The notes below the pieces were generated by a model. That model did no database searches. It was not told the origin of the DNA and saw nothing but the letters and a program-made list of their open reading frames with translations. A DNA stretch of 64,000 nucleotides, taken from contig MU058387.1 in assembly GCA_013265495.1 (NCBI GenBank), forward strand, positions 1,116,001 to 1,180,000. Direction: 5' to 3'. The DNA is from Vicugna vicugna. Lineage: Eukaryota. The number at the start of each line of letters is the position of its first letter. Positions within the stretch are counted from its first letter, which is position 1. A program made the position numbers and the translations under genes. Positions 39,024 to 51,268 of the stretch are shown here, in pieces.

Positions 39024-39389
39024 TGTTAAAAAAGTTAATTAAAGGAAACAGTTTAGATGGTACAAACTTCAACACTTCACAGAGGAAAGTCCTTTTGGAG
39101 AACTGCAGAGTGGGGTGGAAGGCAGGAGGTTTTTATAGGAGAAGGAAACACGAACAAGGAAGAGAAAAACAGAAACCATCTGACTGGCTGATGCCACATG
39201 GTCAACCTTGTTTGGATTGAGATGGCCCAGCGACAGCCTGTTATTTGGGGATTGGTGGACTGGATATAACTGTGTTTTGTGTCAAGAGGAGCATCTACTG
39301 GGACATGAAAATTATCTAAGTCTTGCTTTGCTGACCACAGACTGCAGGGAGGAATGGCTCCATCTTGGGCCTAGAAATTTATTTCAACA
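39024..39389 (-). mobile_element. ERV1-type solo LTR inserted in L1
   Basis: TGTT...AACA termini and a near-perfect 4-bp TSD GGTG/GATG. L1 sequence resumes on both sides. Confidence 0.65.
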
Positions 39390-40339
39390 GATGTTTTAAA
39401 ACAACTACTCTCCACAAAATACCACCACAGCCAACTCTTTTACAAGGAAAATTTGCCAAACTATTTAAAAAGAAGATGATTTCTATGTTTTTTAAAAACT
39501 ATTTCAGAACACAGGAAAAAAAAGGAAAACCTCCAAACTCCATGTATGAAGCAAGTATAACATTGATTATGACATTTAACATATAAAAATTAAAAGAATT
39601 TTTACTTATCACTATTAATAAAAATCATAAAGTTCTAGCAAAATCCTGTAGAACGTGAAAACAAAAACATATGGCTGAGTGGAGTTTATTCCAGGAATAC
39701 TAATGCGTACTAGAAAATCTATTAATAAAACAATAAAATGGCAAAGGACAAAATAAACCATGTCTGTTAATTTAAAAATAAACAGTCCCCCCACAGAAGA
39801 AATCAGTCCTTAGTTAGGAATGGATGGAAATCTATTAATACAACAATAATACACCTAACTCAAACACAAAACCAAGAACATGCTTACTGTAGAAAAAACT
39901 TCATAAAGTCTCGCTGAAGTCAGGAACAAGAAATGGATACCCACACCGACCCCTAGTATCAAACACTGGTGGAAGATATATTTGACAAGAAAAAGAAATA
40001 TTTATAAAAGCTGAAAAGGAAAAGGAAAACTATATTTGCAGATAATATGTTTATATGATAAAATAATTTAACTAAATAGCAGGATATAAAATTAATATAC
40101 AAAGACATATATATATATATTTATTTATAAAAACCTCATTGGAAAGTAAATGAGGAAAAGTTAATTTACAATAGCAATAAATAATTTAAAAAATGAGATA
40201 ATACCTAGAAGTAAACATATAATAACTGTCAGGAAAAAAATTCTACTAAAGGTAAAATAACAAGAAAAAAGAAAATTTGAATAGCACATTCTCAAAAATC
40301 ATGCAAATGTCAATGTAACATGTAAGTATGATGAAATCT

Positions 40340-43300
40340 GTTCACCTAGAGCAGAAGCCTGTGGAACCATCAACTGGTAGGAAGATTCAAATGGTAATTT
40401 TGATTGGTTGCTGGAGACTAAATGTGGATTAGTGTGAGAATGAAAAACTCCTTATGGCTACAGTCTTAGGAGGATCCCCAAATTTTCATGGACTTTTCTT
40501 TCTGACATCCCACAGGTTTTCACAGGGAAAATTTGAGAAACATCCTTTCATGTGGCACTGGCAGGGAAAAGAGAAGAGAAAAAATAAACAAACAAAAAAA
40601 TCCTAAACCTTTCAAAACAAAAACCTACTTCACAGGGGAAAGCAATTTATCAGAGCTTTGTTGAAAAGCTGAGGGGAAAGACATTCCTCACTTGCAACTC
40701 CTTCTATCCTCCAGTTTTCCAAAGGAGATGGGGAGAAGCTATGTAAGAAAAGCACTTGCAGAGGTTGCAGGTTAGAGACCTAGGTCTGTTAAAAGACTGG
40801 GATTAAATCATAAGATTATAGCATGCTTTCCCTCCACCATATCTTGTGACTCTACCATCTAGTCTCTAGTGTAATCATAGTGGACCACACCTGAAATGCT
40901 GCAGATATAGACTGTGCAAGGAGGAACACATAGGCATATTAGTCAGCTAGGGCTGCCATAACAAAATCCCCTAGACTGAGTGGCTTAAACAAAAGAAATT
41001 TACTTTCTCACAGTTCTGGAATCTGGACAGTTCAAGGTCAAGGTGCTGGATGATCCGGCTTCTGGTGAGGACTCTCTTCGTGGCTTGGAGACGGCTGCCT
41101 CCTTGCTGTCTCCATGTCTCCTCCCATGGCTGAGAGAAAAAACATGAGCTCTCTGGTTTCTCACTTTATAAGGACACTAATCCTATTAGGTTAGCAATCC
41201 ATCCTTATGACCTCATTTAACCTTAATTACTTCCTCACTTTAAATAAAGCCACATTAGGTTAGACTTCAAAATATGAATTTTGGGAGACATAATTTAGTC
41301 CATAGCCGTAGAGAAGCCTAGAGTCAACAAGGGAGACAAAACATGAGTACTAGAAGAATTTAAAGCCTCTGATATCTGTAATTATAGCAAACATGAAGCA
41401 AAGTCAAACTCCTGGCCAGATTTGCATAAACCCTCCCACTAGAGGATTATTTATCTCAATTGTATTACCTGAGACAACTGGTCCAGCTAAAAACATCACC
41501 AGATAAGGAAACTACAGAGCATGATTCCTTTATGAATATTGATGCAAAACTCTTCAACAAAAATATTAGCAAATTGAATTCAACACTGTAAAACAAGAAC
41601 AACACACTGTGGCCAAGTGGGGCTTATTCCAGATATTCAAGACGGGTTCAGTGTTTGAAAATCAATTAATGTTATGCACAAGGAAAATTCATAGAATACT
41701 ATCAATCATTGCCAAAAAAAAAAGCATTTGATGAAATTCAAATTTCCTCATGATGAAAACTCTCGGCAAATTAGGATCAGAGAGGAACGTCCTCAACTTA
41801 ATAATAAATGTTTATTGAAAACCTATTACTAACATTATACCTAATGGTTAGAGACTGGGCACTTTTCCCCTAAGATTGGGAATAAGATAAGGATAATCTC
41901 TCTCTCACCACTCTTATTCAACACTGTATTGGAAGTCTAGATACAAAAGGACATGAGAAAAAAAATGTCTGCATATTGAAAAGGTAACTCTTTTTTTAAA
42001 GATAACTTCATCATCTATGTAAAAAATCTCAAAGAATCAATAAAGAAATCCTGGAATTATGTGACCAAAGCAAGATTATATACCAACAGTGAACAATTGG
42101 GATTTAAAAAAAAATCACTTATATTAACACTTAAAGAGTTAAATATTTAGTCTGACAAATACATATATAATATAAAATATACATTATATACATGTCAACC
42201 TACAAAACAACTAGTGAAAAAGGTTTTAAAATGATCCAAATAAATAGAGATATTCTGTGTCCATGAATTAGAATATTCGATATTGTTAAGATGTCAGTTC
42301 TTTTCAACTCAACTTGATATGTAGATTGCACACTATCTCTATCAAAATTTAACAAGCAATTTTGTGGAACAAACTCATTCCAAAGTAGATTTGGACATCA
42401 AAAATCAAAATATCCAACCCAACAGTAAAGAAAAAGAGCAAGGTTTAAGGATCTACACTGTCAGATTTTAAATCTTATGATAAAGGTGCAGCAACTGATA
42501 CATAATGGTGTTCATGAAAGAAAGATACATAGATCAATATAGCAGAATGGAGACCCCAGAAATAAATACACACAAAGAAATTGTCACTTGATATTTGACA
42601 AAGAGGCAATAACAGTTCAATGAAGAAGGTATAGTCAAATAGTGATGGAACAATTGGATGTCCATATACAAAAAAAAAAAATCTAGACCCATTCTTTATA
42701 GACCTATTCTTTATACCTTTCACAAAATTATCTCAAGACGAGTCATAGACTTAACTGTGACAGTCTGGAAACTACAGAACTTCTAAATAATTTTAAAAAA
42801 TAGGAAAAACTCTGCATGACATTATGTTTGGTGATGAGTTGTTAAATATACCAACAGGACTACCTATGACAGAGAGAAATAAATTAGACTTAATTAAAAG
42901 TGAAAATATCTGCATTATAAGTTATTGTTAAGAGTGTGAAAAAAAAAACATGGTGAGATAATACATATCTCACAAGGAAACCAGACCTAATACACAAAGA
43001 ATCCTAAAAACACAACAAGAAAATAAATCACACATTAGAAAATGGGTCAAAATCTATCAGATACTTCATCAGAGCAGATATACTGATGGCAAGTCAGCAT
43101 ATAAAAAGATGCTCAATGTCTGCTGTCATTAAGGAACTGTAAATTAAAAGAAGATACAGTTACATGCTTATTAGAATAACTAAAATATAGACAAAGAAAA
43201 ATACCAAATACTGACAAAGACATGTAGCACAGAAACTCTCATTCATTTCTAATATGAATTCATTATTGTATAGTCACTTTGGAAGATTGTTTAGCAGGTT

Positions 43301-44835
43301 TTTGTAAAGCTAAACATAATCTCACTATATGATTCAACAATTATGTGCCTTTGTATTTAATCAACTGATTTAAAAACATATAAACACATAAAATTCTACA
43401 CATAAATGTTTATAGCAGCTTTATTCATTACAGCCAAAACTTGCAAGCAACCAAGATATCTTTCAGTAGGTGAATAGATAACTGTGGAGCATCCATATAA
43501 CAAAATAGTATTTATCAATAAAAAGATACAGACTATCAAACCACAAAAGGATATTGATGAGTCTTAATACGCATACTGCTAAGTGAAAAATCAGTCAGAA
43601 AAAATGATGTATGATACAATTCCAATTGTATGATCTTCTGAAAAAGGCAATAGTGTAGAGTTTTGCCCAGGATTTGAAGGGTTGGAGGGAAGACTGAATA
43701 ATTAAAACACAAAGGATACTTTGGAATGGTGAAACTACTCTGTATGATACTATAATGGCAGATACAAAATATTGAGAATTTGTCAATATCCATAGAGCTT
43801 TATAGAACAAAGAGTAAACATTAAGGTGTACAAATCAGAACAAATGTGTTTAGGGGAGAGGGGACTCTAAATGTATCACGAATGACTGAGAGAACTTCAC
43901 TGAAGGGGGTGGAGAAATAAGGTGGTAACCTAAGTAAATTTGGAAATGAGTGGGGTCTGTAAGTCTAATGGCAAAAGGAACTGTACATAAGCACCATCCT
44001 CTAGCTGATAAGTTCGTTTCCCACCAGGGAGCATGGCTCCCCACTCCTTAACTTTGAGCTGCCATAGTCCCTTTCTTCCAAAAAGTACAGTAATAAAAAG
44101 GAGAATAAAAAGATTAACTGTACAGGGGAGAAACCTAAACAACACTACCTCAAACTATGTGATCAAGGCTAAGACCAAGGGCATTTAACTTTGTTGACAG
44201 TGTGCACTCAACATGATGTGATGAGAACTGCAATACATCCCTGTGCCCTCCCCAGAATATATTCCCTCAGTCTAACCATCAGAAAAGCATTAAGCTAATC
44301 TCAATTGAGGGACATTCTAAAATATCCTTCACTGATAATCCTCAAAATGGTCAAGGTCATCAAAAACAAGGAAAGTATAAGAAACACTCACCAACTAATG
44401 ACATTCACTAAAAAAAAACTTAAGAAGACATGACAAATTATAATGTGGCATCCTAGATGCAATACTGGAAAAGAGGAAATATATATTTAAAAAAGGAAAT
44501 CTGAATAAAGTATGAACTTTGGCAGTAATAATGGATCAATATTGGTACATTAATTGTGGCCATTGGTTCACAACCTCTGGAGCTTGACAGGTGAAATCTC
44601 AAACTGACCCCCCTGAGAGCAAGGAGAGACAGAAGAGAGGCAGCCCACTACAGACTGGTAGGTGGCACCTCCCAAGTCATGTCCTCTTAATTACCTCCTT
44701 CAACCATGACAAATGTCTCATAGTAATAGAGATGTGAATAAGAGTGGAAACTCGCTATAGTTCACACTGGAATTTTCTAATAATTTCTTTCTAATAATTT
44801 CATAAATCTAAAACTCTTAAAATTGAAAAAAATTA
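40340..44835 (+). mobile_element. L1MC-like element (5' region, ORF2 3' half, long 3'UTR) nested in L1ME
   Basis: tatgaatattgatgcaaaactcttcaacaaaaatattagcaaa and an L1MC-type 3'UTR (aacttcactgaagggggtgg...ctaagtaaatttggaaatgagtgg). Confidence 0.75.
40935..41307 (-). mobile_element. MLT1A-like MaLR LTR
   Basis: attagtcagctagggctgccataacaaaat...gacataatttagtccatagc. Confidence 0.8.
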
Positions 44836-46381
44836 CCTAGAAAAAAAGAATTGCCAAGAAATTTGATGATGGCCTTTAATATGACATTAAAACATATGAA
44901 AATTTTCCATTATTAAAATAGTTCATTTGCATATTAATAGAACAATTAAAACAAGAAAGTCTAAAATTAGATCATATTGAGCAATATGGATTTTAAAGAG
45001 GAGTACTATGAAATCATTGGTGAAAGTAATACTTAATACCTAGACATGTGAAAAAAAATGAAGGTAGGTTCATATCTCACATTGTACAGGATGCATTCCC
45101 AAATGGATAAAATATTTAAATGTATAAATGAAACCATACTGATATCAAAAAAGATATATACATATAAATTAATTTATAGGTTTTACATATGGACATTCTA
45201 ATTCTCAAAACCCAGTTGTATAAAAAATATGACTAATGGTTTTCTACATGAAATTAAAAATCATATACATGGCAAATAAAACCAACCTATATATAGCAGA
45301 TGACAACAACAAAGGATAATCATATTAGAAATTGATTTTTAAAATTCCCTAACACATAAAGAGTATTTAGTAATTGACAAGAAAAAGACTACTTACTCAA
45401 TAGAAAAGTTGAGAAAAGTAGAGTTCACAAAACAGTGAACACAAATGACTTTAACTATATTTAAGTGTCATCAGACTTCTTCCTAAAAAAAAGAGAAATG
45501 TAAATTAAAAACATGGAGAACATCTAAGACAAAAACTTGAGTTTAACATCAATTTTGCCAGTGAAGTTTTGGAGAAATAACCATCCTTCTGCGTTGCTGT
45601 TGGGAGAGTGAATTTGTACAGATCTCATGCAGGGCAACTTATCAACATCCATCACATTTACAAATGCACATACTCCATTGACCCAGCCAGCTCCACTTCT
45701 GAGAATTTGTTCTAAGATTTATTCTTCCAGATGGGAAATGTTTTCACAGAGGTATTTATCACAATCTTGTTTGTAAGAGCAAAAGATTATTGAAAAAATA
45801 TCCATTAATAGCAAATCAATTAAACAGATTTTGATACATGTATGTAATGAAAATGCTATTCATATGTAAAGAATTAGTAGCCAATATGAAATGAGTGCAG
45901 TTATCTTGACTGATCAATGACAAAGGAGAATATAAAATACTAATTTTTATCGTGTTAGGAATGTATAGTTACATTTTCATACATATGTATAAATCAACTC
46001 TGCAGGTTATAAAGAAGAAGTGAGAGTGGTCACCTGAGGGAAGAATTGATGATGAGACATGGGAACTTAAAAATTATACACATATATGTATATAATCTAT
46101 TTAATTTTTAACAATATAAGTCTATATCTATTTTAAAAAGTAAAACCATTTGACACCTGTTTTGGTATTTTTACTGATATCATCAAAGGATTGACATGGT
46201 ATATTTAAGCGCCATCTATATCTTAATCAATGCTAAAGTAAACATAATGAATTAATGGTGCAACCATTGATATTCACAATATTACAAAGCAAGATGATAT
46301 ATTTGGGAAAAACAATGTTTGCCTATATGTAGGATTATCCAGTGGAACTCACCTTAGACCATAGTTAAGTTTGAATTGTTC

Positions 46382-46458
46382 TTTTTTATTTTTAATTAAA
46401 GTATATTGATTTACAATGTTGTGTTAGTTTCAGCTGCACAGTAAAGTGATTCAGTTTA
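46382..46458 (-). mobile_element. Short L1 3'-terminal fragment
   Basis: tttttaattaaagtatattgatttacaatgttgtgttagtttcag...agtgattcagtt. Confidence 0.65.
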
Positions 46459-49400
46459 AGTTGTTGGTCTTAAAGGAAACTATATTATCACAAAGTGTCA
46501 TTACTGATCTCCTATTAAAGTCAATATCTTACATTTTTAATTTGGGGTAAATTTTTTTCTTAGTTTAGGATGAGTTTTTACTCCTTCTCCCACTTCCAGA
46601 AACACTTGCTAGTAGTAAGTGAATAATGTTTTATGGTTGAAGAAAATTCTCATGGGAGAGACAAGATAATGTTTGCAATATAGTGAGTTAAGTGTCCTTT
46701 AGTCAAAATTATGCTGGATTTAAATACCAATTTTTAAGTTTGAGTTTTTAATTAAAACTCCTCAAATATAGTAATTGTATGACTTCAGCAAGTAATTTTT
46801 ATTTCATCATTTTTTAATGAGGTGTGGCAAAGATCAGATGATATTATGTGTAAGAACACTGTATGAATTTTAAGGAACTTACGTAAGTTAACTGTAAGTT
46901 ACTAGCAGGACACACTTCATTTGATAAACTGTATGCTGGAGTTTTAAAAACAATGGACAGACTTCCTAAAAAGAAGTCACCTTTTGTTTACCGGAACAAA
47001 AATTAGCAACACTTGTAGCCTGGATGTTGTTTGTTTTCTCTAGACGCTGCTGACACACTTGAGGAATAGACACAGAGATGGCAAAATGTGTGGGAGGACA
47101 CATGAGCTGTGAAGGCAGGGCCATAGGAGAAGGAAATGAAAGTTAAAAGTCAAGAGGAAAGAAAAGAAGACATATGGTGACAAGAAACTACACTTTCAAT
47201 GTTTTCAGACATCGTTTACCACTGTAGATTTCCACCTGAGGATCTTATTTATAAAAATCATTGAAATATTTGTTTATTGCAGTTACAGAGATCATCATAG
47301 TAATTTTTCAAAGAATAATGTGAAAATTAATGAACTTCAAAGCTTGTTCTTCGATGTTTACATGGAATGCTCTTAACAATAACACCAAAGTATAGTAATA
47401 GTTTATGTTTTTATCCTAATGAGTTGATTTAGCTACTTTTTCTGGTAGTCCTGTCTTCTAAGATTATAAAATGGCCGTTCATGTTAGCATGATATCTGTG
47501 CCTTATTATTTTATGATTTCTTTTCTGTTTAATGTATTGATCCAACTCTGTGGTTGCTGATACACCATTCTACTCCCGTATTTTTTGTATGCCAAGATAG
47601 ATGTTTTCTCTATATTCAGAATTCCGTTTCTTTGAATTTGTCCTAGACTCTGAATTGCTGGCTGTCTGCTTAGGGGTTACTTATTTCAGAAAATGAATGA
47701 AGAGATTCCAACTATCTAGTTTTTTTTGAGGCTAGATAAGACTTTCTCAGGTTTTGGAATTACAATGACAAATTCTTATGTATATACATGATGCTATCAC
47801 ACCACAGACAAAGAGAACAAGAGTAGATAAATCAGTACTTCCTCCAGTTGATTCACAGCTTTTTCACCAGGGTTTGGATTTAATCCAAATTGATCTTTGC
47901 ATACTTTTCATCAACTCAACTAGACAAGTTCATAGTAAACAGAGAGAAGCAAAGACATGCTGAAGATGAAAGGGTTTTACATGTCTGGCCTAACCTTGGG
48001 CAATGTCACTCTTAATAACAACAGATGGAATTACTCCCTCTGAAGTCCCGTTTGCTGATGTTATAAATGATGAAAAATTGGGATTTTTAGCGAAAGTGCT
48101 GACAAAGATTATAAGAGATCATCTCACGAGACAGCATTTACTTGCATTACTGGTAGCTGTAAAGACAGGTATTTTCTCTGCATTGCAATTACATGGCATT
48201 GCCTATAATCCAATACTCAAGAACATTTCAAATGTGAGAAACAATGGGAAGTTAACATTGCAGCAAATTATAAAAGATTATCACATCAGCAAGATGTAGA
48301 ATCACTGATTTTTTTTTTCACAATAAGACATGATGTCTTCTTTACGTGTCAAAAACAGAAAAATCAAAAAGAAAGAATTCTAAACTGGAATTTTGGAAGA
48401 AAAATCTCAACTTTCCAGCAGCAGTTTGTTTGGGCCTGCTACTTTCTGGTTTTGAAAGTTAATTTAGCATGAAAAGAAGACAGCAGCCAGTGATGCAGCC
48501 GAGACTGGACGGGCCCCCCTTCCTGGGCTCTGGTCATGTTGAGGAAGGAGTCTCAGGGATGGTTGGCCATGACAGTTGTCAGATACCAGTCACATCGGAC
48601 GCCTTACTCATAACTGGTGTGTGTAGAATTCAAAGAGAACTTACAGGCTATCATGACATAAATATGGTTTATTACTATAGACAATATAATCATGAAGAAG
48701 CCAAGTGCTAAAGGTGAATAGAACTCTTCATATCGTACTGCACCCCAACATATTTAATAAGTCAATAGCCAAGCGTGCTTAGAACTCCAATGTCTTTAGT
48801 CTGACTTAGACATTTTTCAACTCTATCCCTATTTCTATTACAAGAGTAGTTGTTAGTACTAAGAGTAGCAGTCGTTTGTATTTAAACAGTAAAACTAGTG
48901 CTTTAATATATGTTATCTCATCAACAAACTTCTGAGGATTTAATGATTAGCTACTTGTGCTAAAATCCCAATGACGTTGATTAAGAAACTGAAGAAATGG
49001 AGAAATTAATATATATATAATATATATATGTGTGTGTGTAAGTGTATATTATACATATATACACATATGTCACACTGTGTGAGAAACATATACAAAGCTT
49101 TATAAAATTTTATTCCATTTCATAATAGTTCTGAATGTAAGTTTTTGCTTTAGTTCTTAACGCATACAGGAAACAAAGTTCAGAGAAGATAAGTAATGTA
49201 TCCCGGTCACAGAAGATGTGATGAAACTGATTTTGAATCCGCCTTATTGCTAACTTTCCATCTGAGCAAGCAAATAATCTCTCCAAGGTTAAGCAGTAAG
49301 CATTAGAATGAAATTTCAAATACAGGATTTCATATTCTGTACTGTTTGCATTTTCTGCAGCCTTGCACTTTAAACTTTTCCCAGAAGTTCTTCAACACTT

Positions 49401-51124
49401 TTTTAAGAGGAGAAACTATTTTTTAATTTCTAAGGCTTTGAAGATCTGAGTGAGCTATACTTCTTTCCACATCCCAAAATAATGGGTATTTGTGGTGAGT
49501 AACAGAAATGGAAATTTAGCAATATTCATCAGTTTGAATGTCTACCCAATATAACACTCAGATCTTCTTTTAAGATTTTTATTGTTTGGCTAAGAATTTT
49601 TATTATATGTATTCTCCTGGACATTAAATGACTTACATCTACTTCCCATCTACCTATCTACCATCAATTTAACTCTATTGGATTGACATGGGATAAAAAT
49701 GCAAATATATTCATATTTCTTCTGTCTTTATTCAAATAAATGCCATAAAAACATTTATCTTCTGTAGTATATGGTTATTTCCCCACAAACTATGCCCAAA
49801 TTGATCATAGATAGTATTTTCTAATTTTTCTGTAAAAGGAGGACACACATTGAAATTTCTGAGCTTGCAGCTCAAACTGTATTTTTTTCTGGCAAAAAAA
49901 CACTAAGTTTTGAAAAATATACATATTGGAACATAACCCAGGATCTCAGCCCAATGAGCTAAGTGGCAGTTATGTTTTGGTAAAGGAAGGTAAATATAAT
50001 AAAAGTCATAGTAATAGTATAATGGTTTAAATGTTATCAAGAAATGAAATTTAAGTGAGATCTTAGAAAATTCCAATGGGCATCTATAACAAAGGATCAT
50101 GTAATGGCAGCCCAAGATATGGAAAGAACTAATTTTTTTTTAATTCAAGAAGGATTAAAAAACCCCTGCATTGTGATTAAAAAAATCACTTACATAATCA
50201 GAAGATGGACCTAGCAGATATAAAATAAGTTCACATGAAAATTTTGAGAAAAATATCAGTGAACAATGACCTCAAAGAGTTAAAAACCCGCTGGAAGTGA
50301 AAGCCTTAAACGAAAACATAATAACCTAGTGAGCAGTGTAAAAAGTAGTTTTGAAGTAAGAAAATGAAAAATTCAAGAAAACACTTGGAAGATTATTTTA
50401 AGATTGTTACAGATAGTAATACAATCAACACTTTGAAAGATTATAGTATTCCAGCTACTATAGCCATTGCATGCATTATTTTATTTAACCATTCGAATTA
50501 TCCAATGAAGCAGATTATTAAAATCCCAAATGATAGTTCAAGATCCTTAGAGTTGAATTACTTTGCTCACAGGCATGGAAGATAAAGATAAGACTAGAAT
50601 CCAAACCTGTGTAACCCAAATGCCGTTTTCTTAACAGAGACTCTCAACTGCTCTCTATGCCATCCACTTACTGCATGGTGCCTGTTAAATCACACTGCCC
50701 ATACTGGACTGCAGCCAGAAAGCAAGAGCCAAGATTATTTGGCACGAGGAAGGATTATTTGGCATGAGGAAGGATTAAGCAGCCCAAGAAGAGGAGATTT
50801 TATCCTTATGTATAGCCAAAAGGAGTTCAAACCTAGAATGCATGGCATATTTAAAAAATACTTGGAGAAAACACAGGATAATGATTAATACCAATAATCA
50901 AATAAAACTCAGAGAGAAAATGCTATAGGAAAATGCATGCAGTAGGTAATTATGAAACCATTTTCAGTTATCTTGCTAGCAATAATATCTCCTTTCTCTG
51001 AATACCCATACCACTTATCCATATCATTATTTACCACTCATTACTGACCTCCATGCAATGCTGTCTCTCATATTATAAGATAGTTTCATTTTTTATATTA
51101 GATTATGATACTGTAAGAGTACTA

Positions 51125-51268
51125 CTGAAAGGAAACTTTGAGGGGTAAAGAATATATTCATTATCTTGATAGCAGTGACAGTTTCATGGCTGTATACATA
51201 TGTCAAAATTGATCAAATTGCAGTTTAACTATGTGCAGTTTATTGTACTTCACTTAGACATAAAAACA
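51125..51268 (+). mobile_element. L1M 3'-terminal fragment
   Basis: attatcttgatagcagtgacagtttcatggctgtatacatatgtcaaaattgatcaaattg. Confidence 0.65.

Larger units (their letters stand above)
36900..46140 (+). mobile_element. Very old L1ME-like element (ORF1 to 3' end) hosting nested insertions
   Basis: A-rich degenerate ORF1/ORF2 motifs, e.g. gagtttattccaggaat, tatatttgcagataatatg, gttgctgttgggagagtgaatttgtaca. Segments run ~36900-40340 and ~44850-46140. Confidence 0.7.

Noticed and set aside
50733..50777. CRISPR-like repeat
   Set aside because: Adjacent duplication with no spacers, eukaryotic context and no cas genes.
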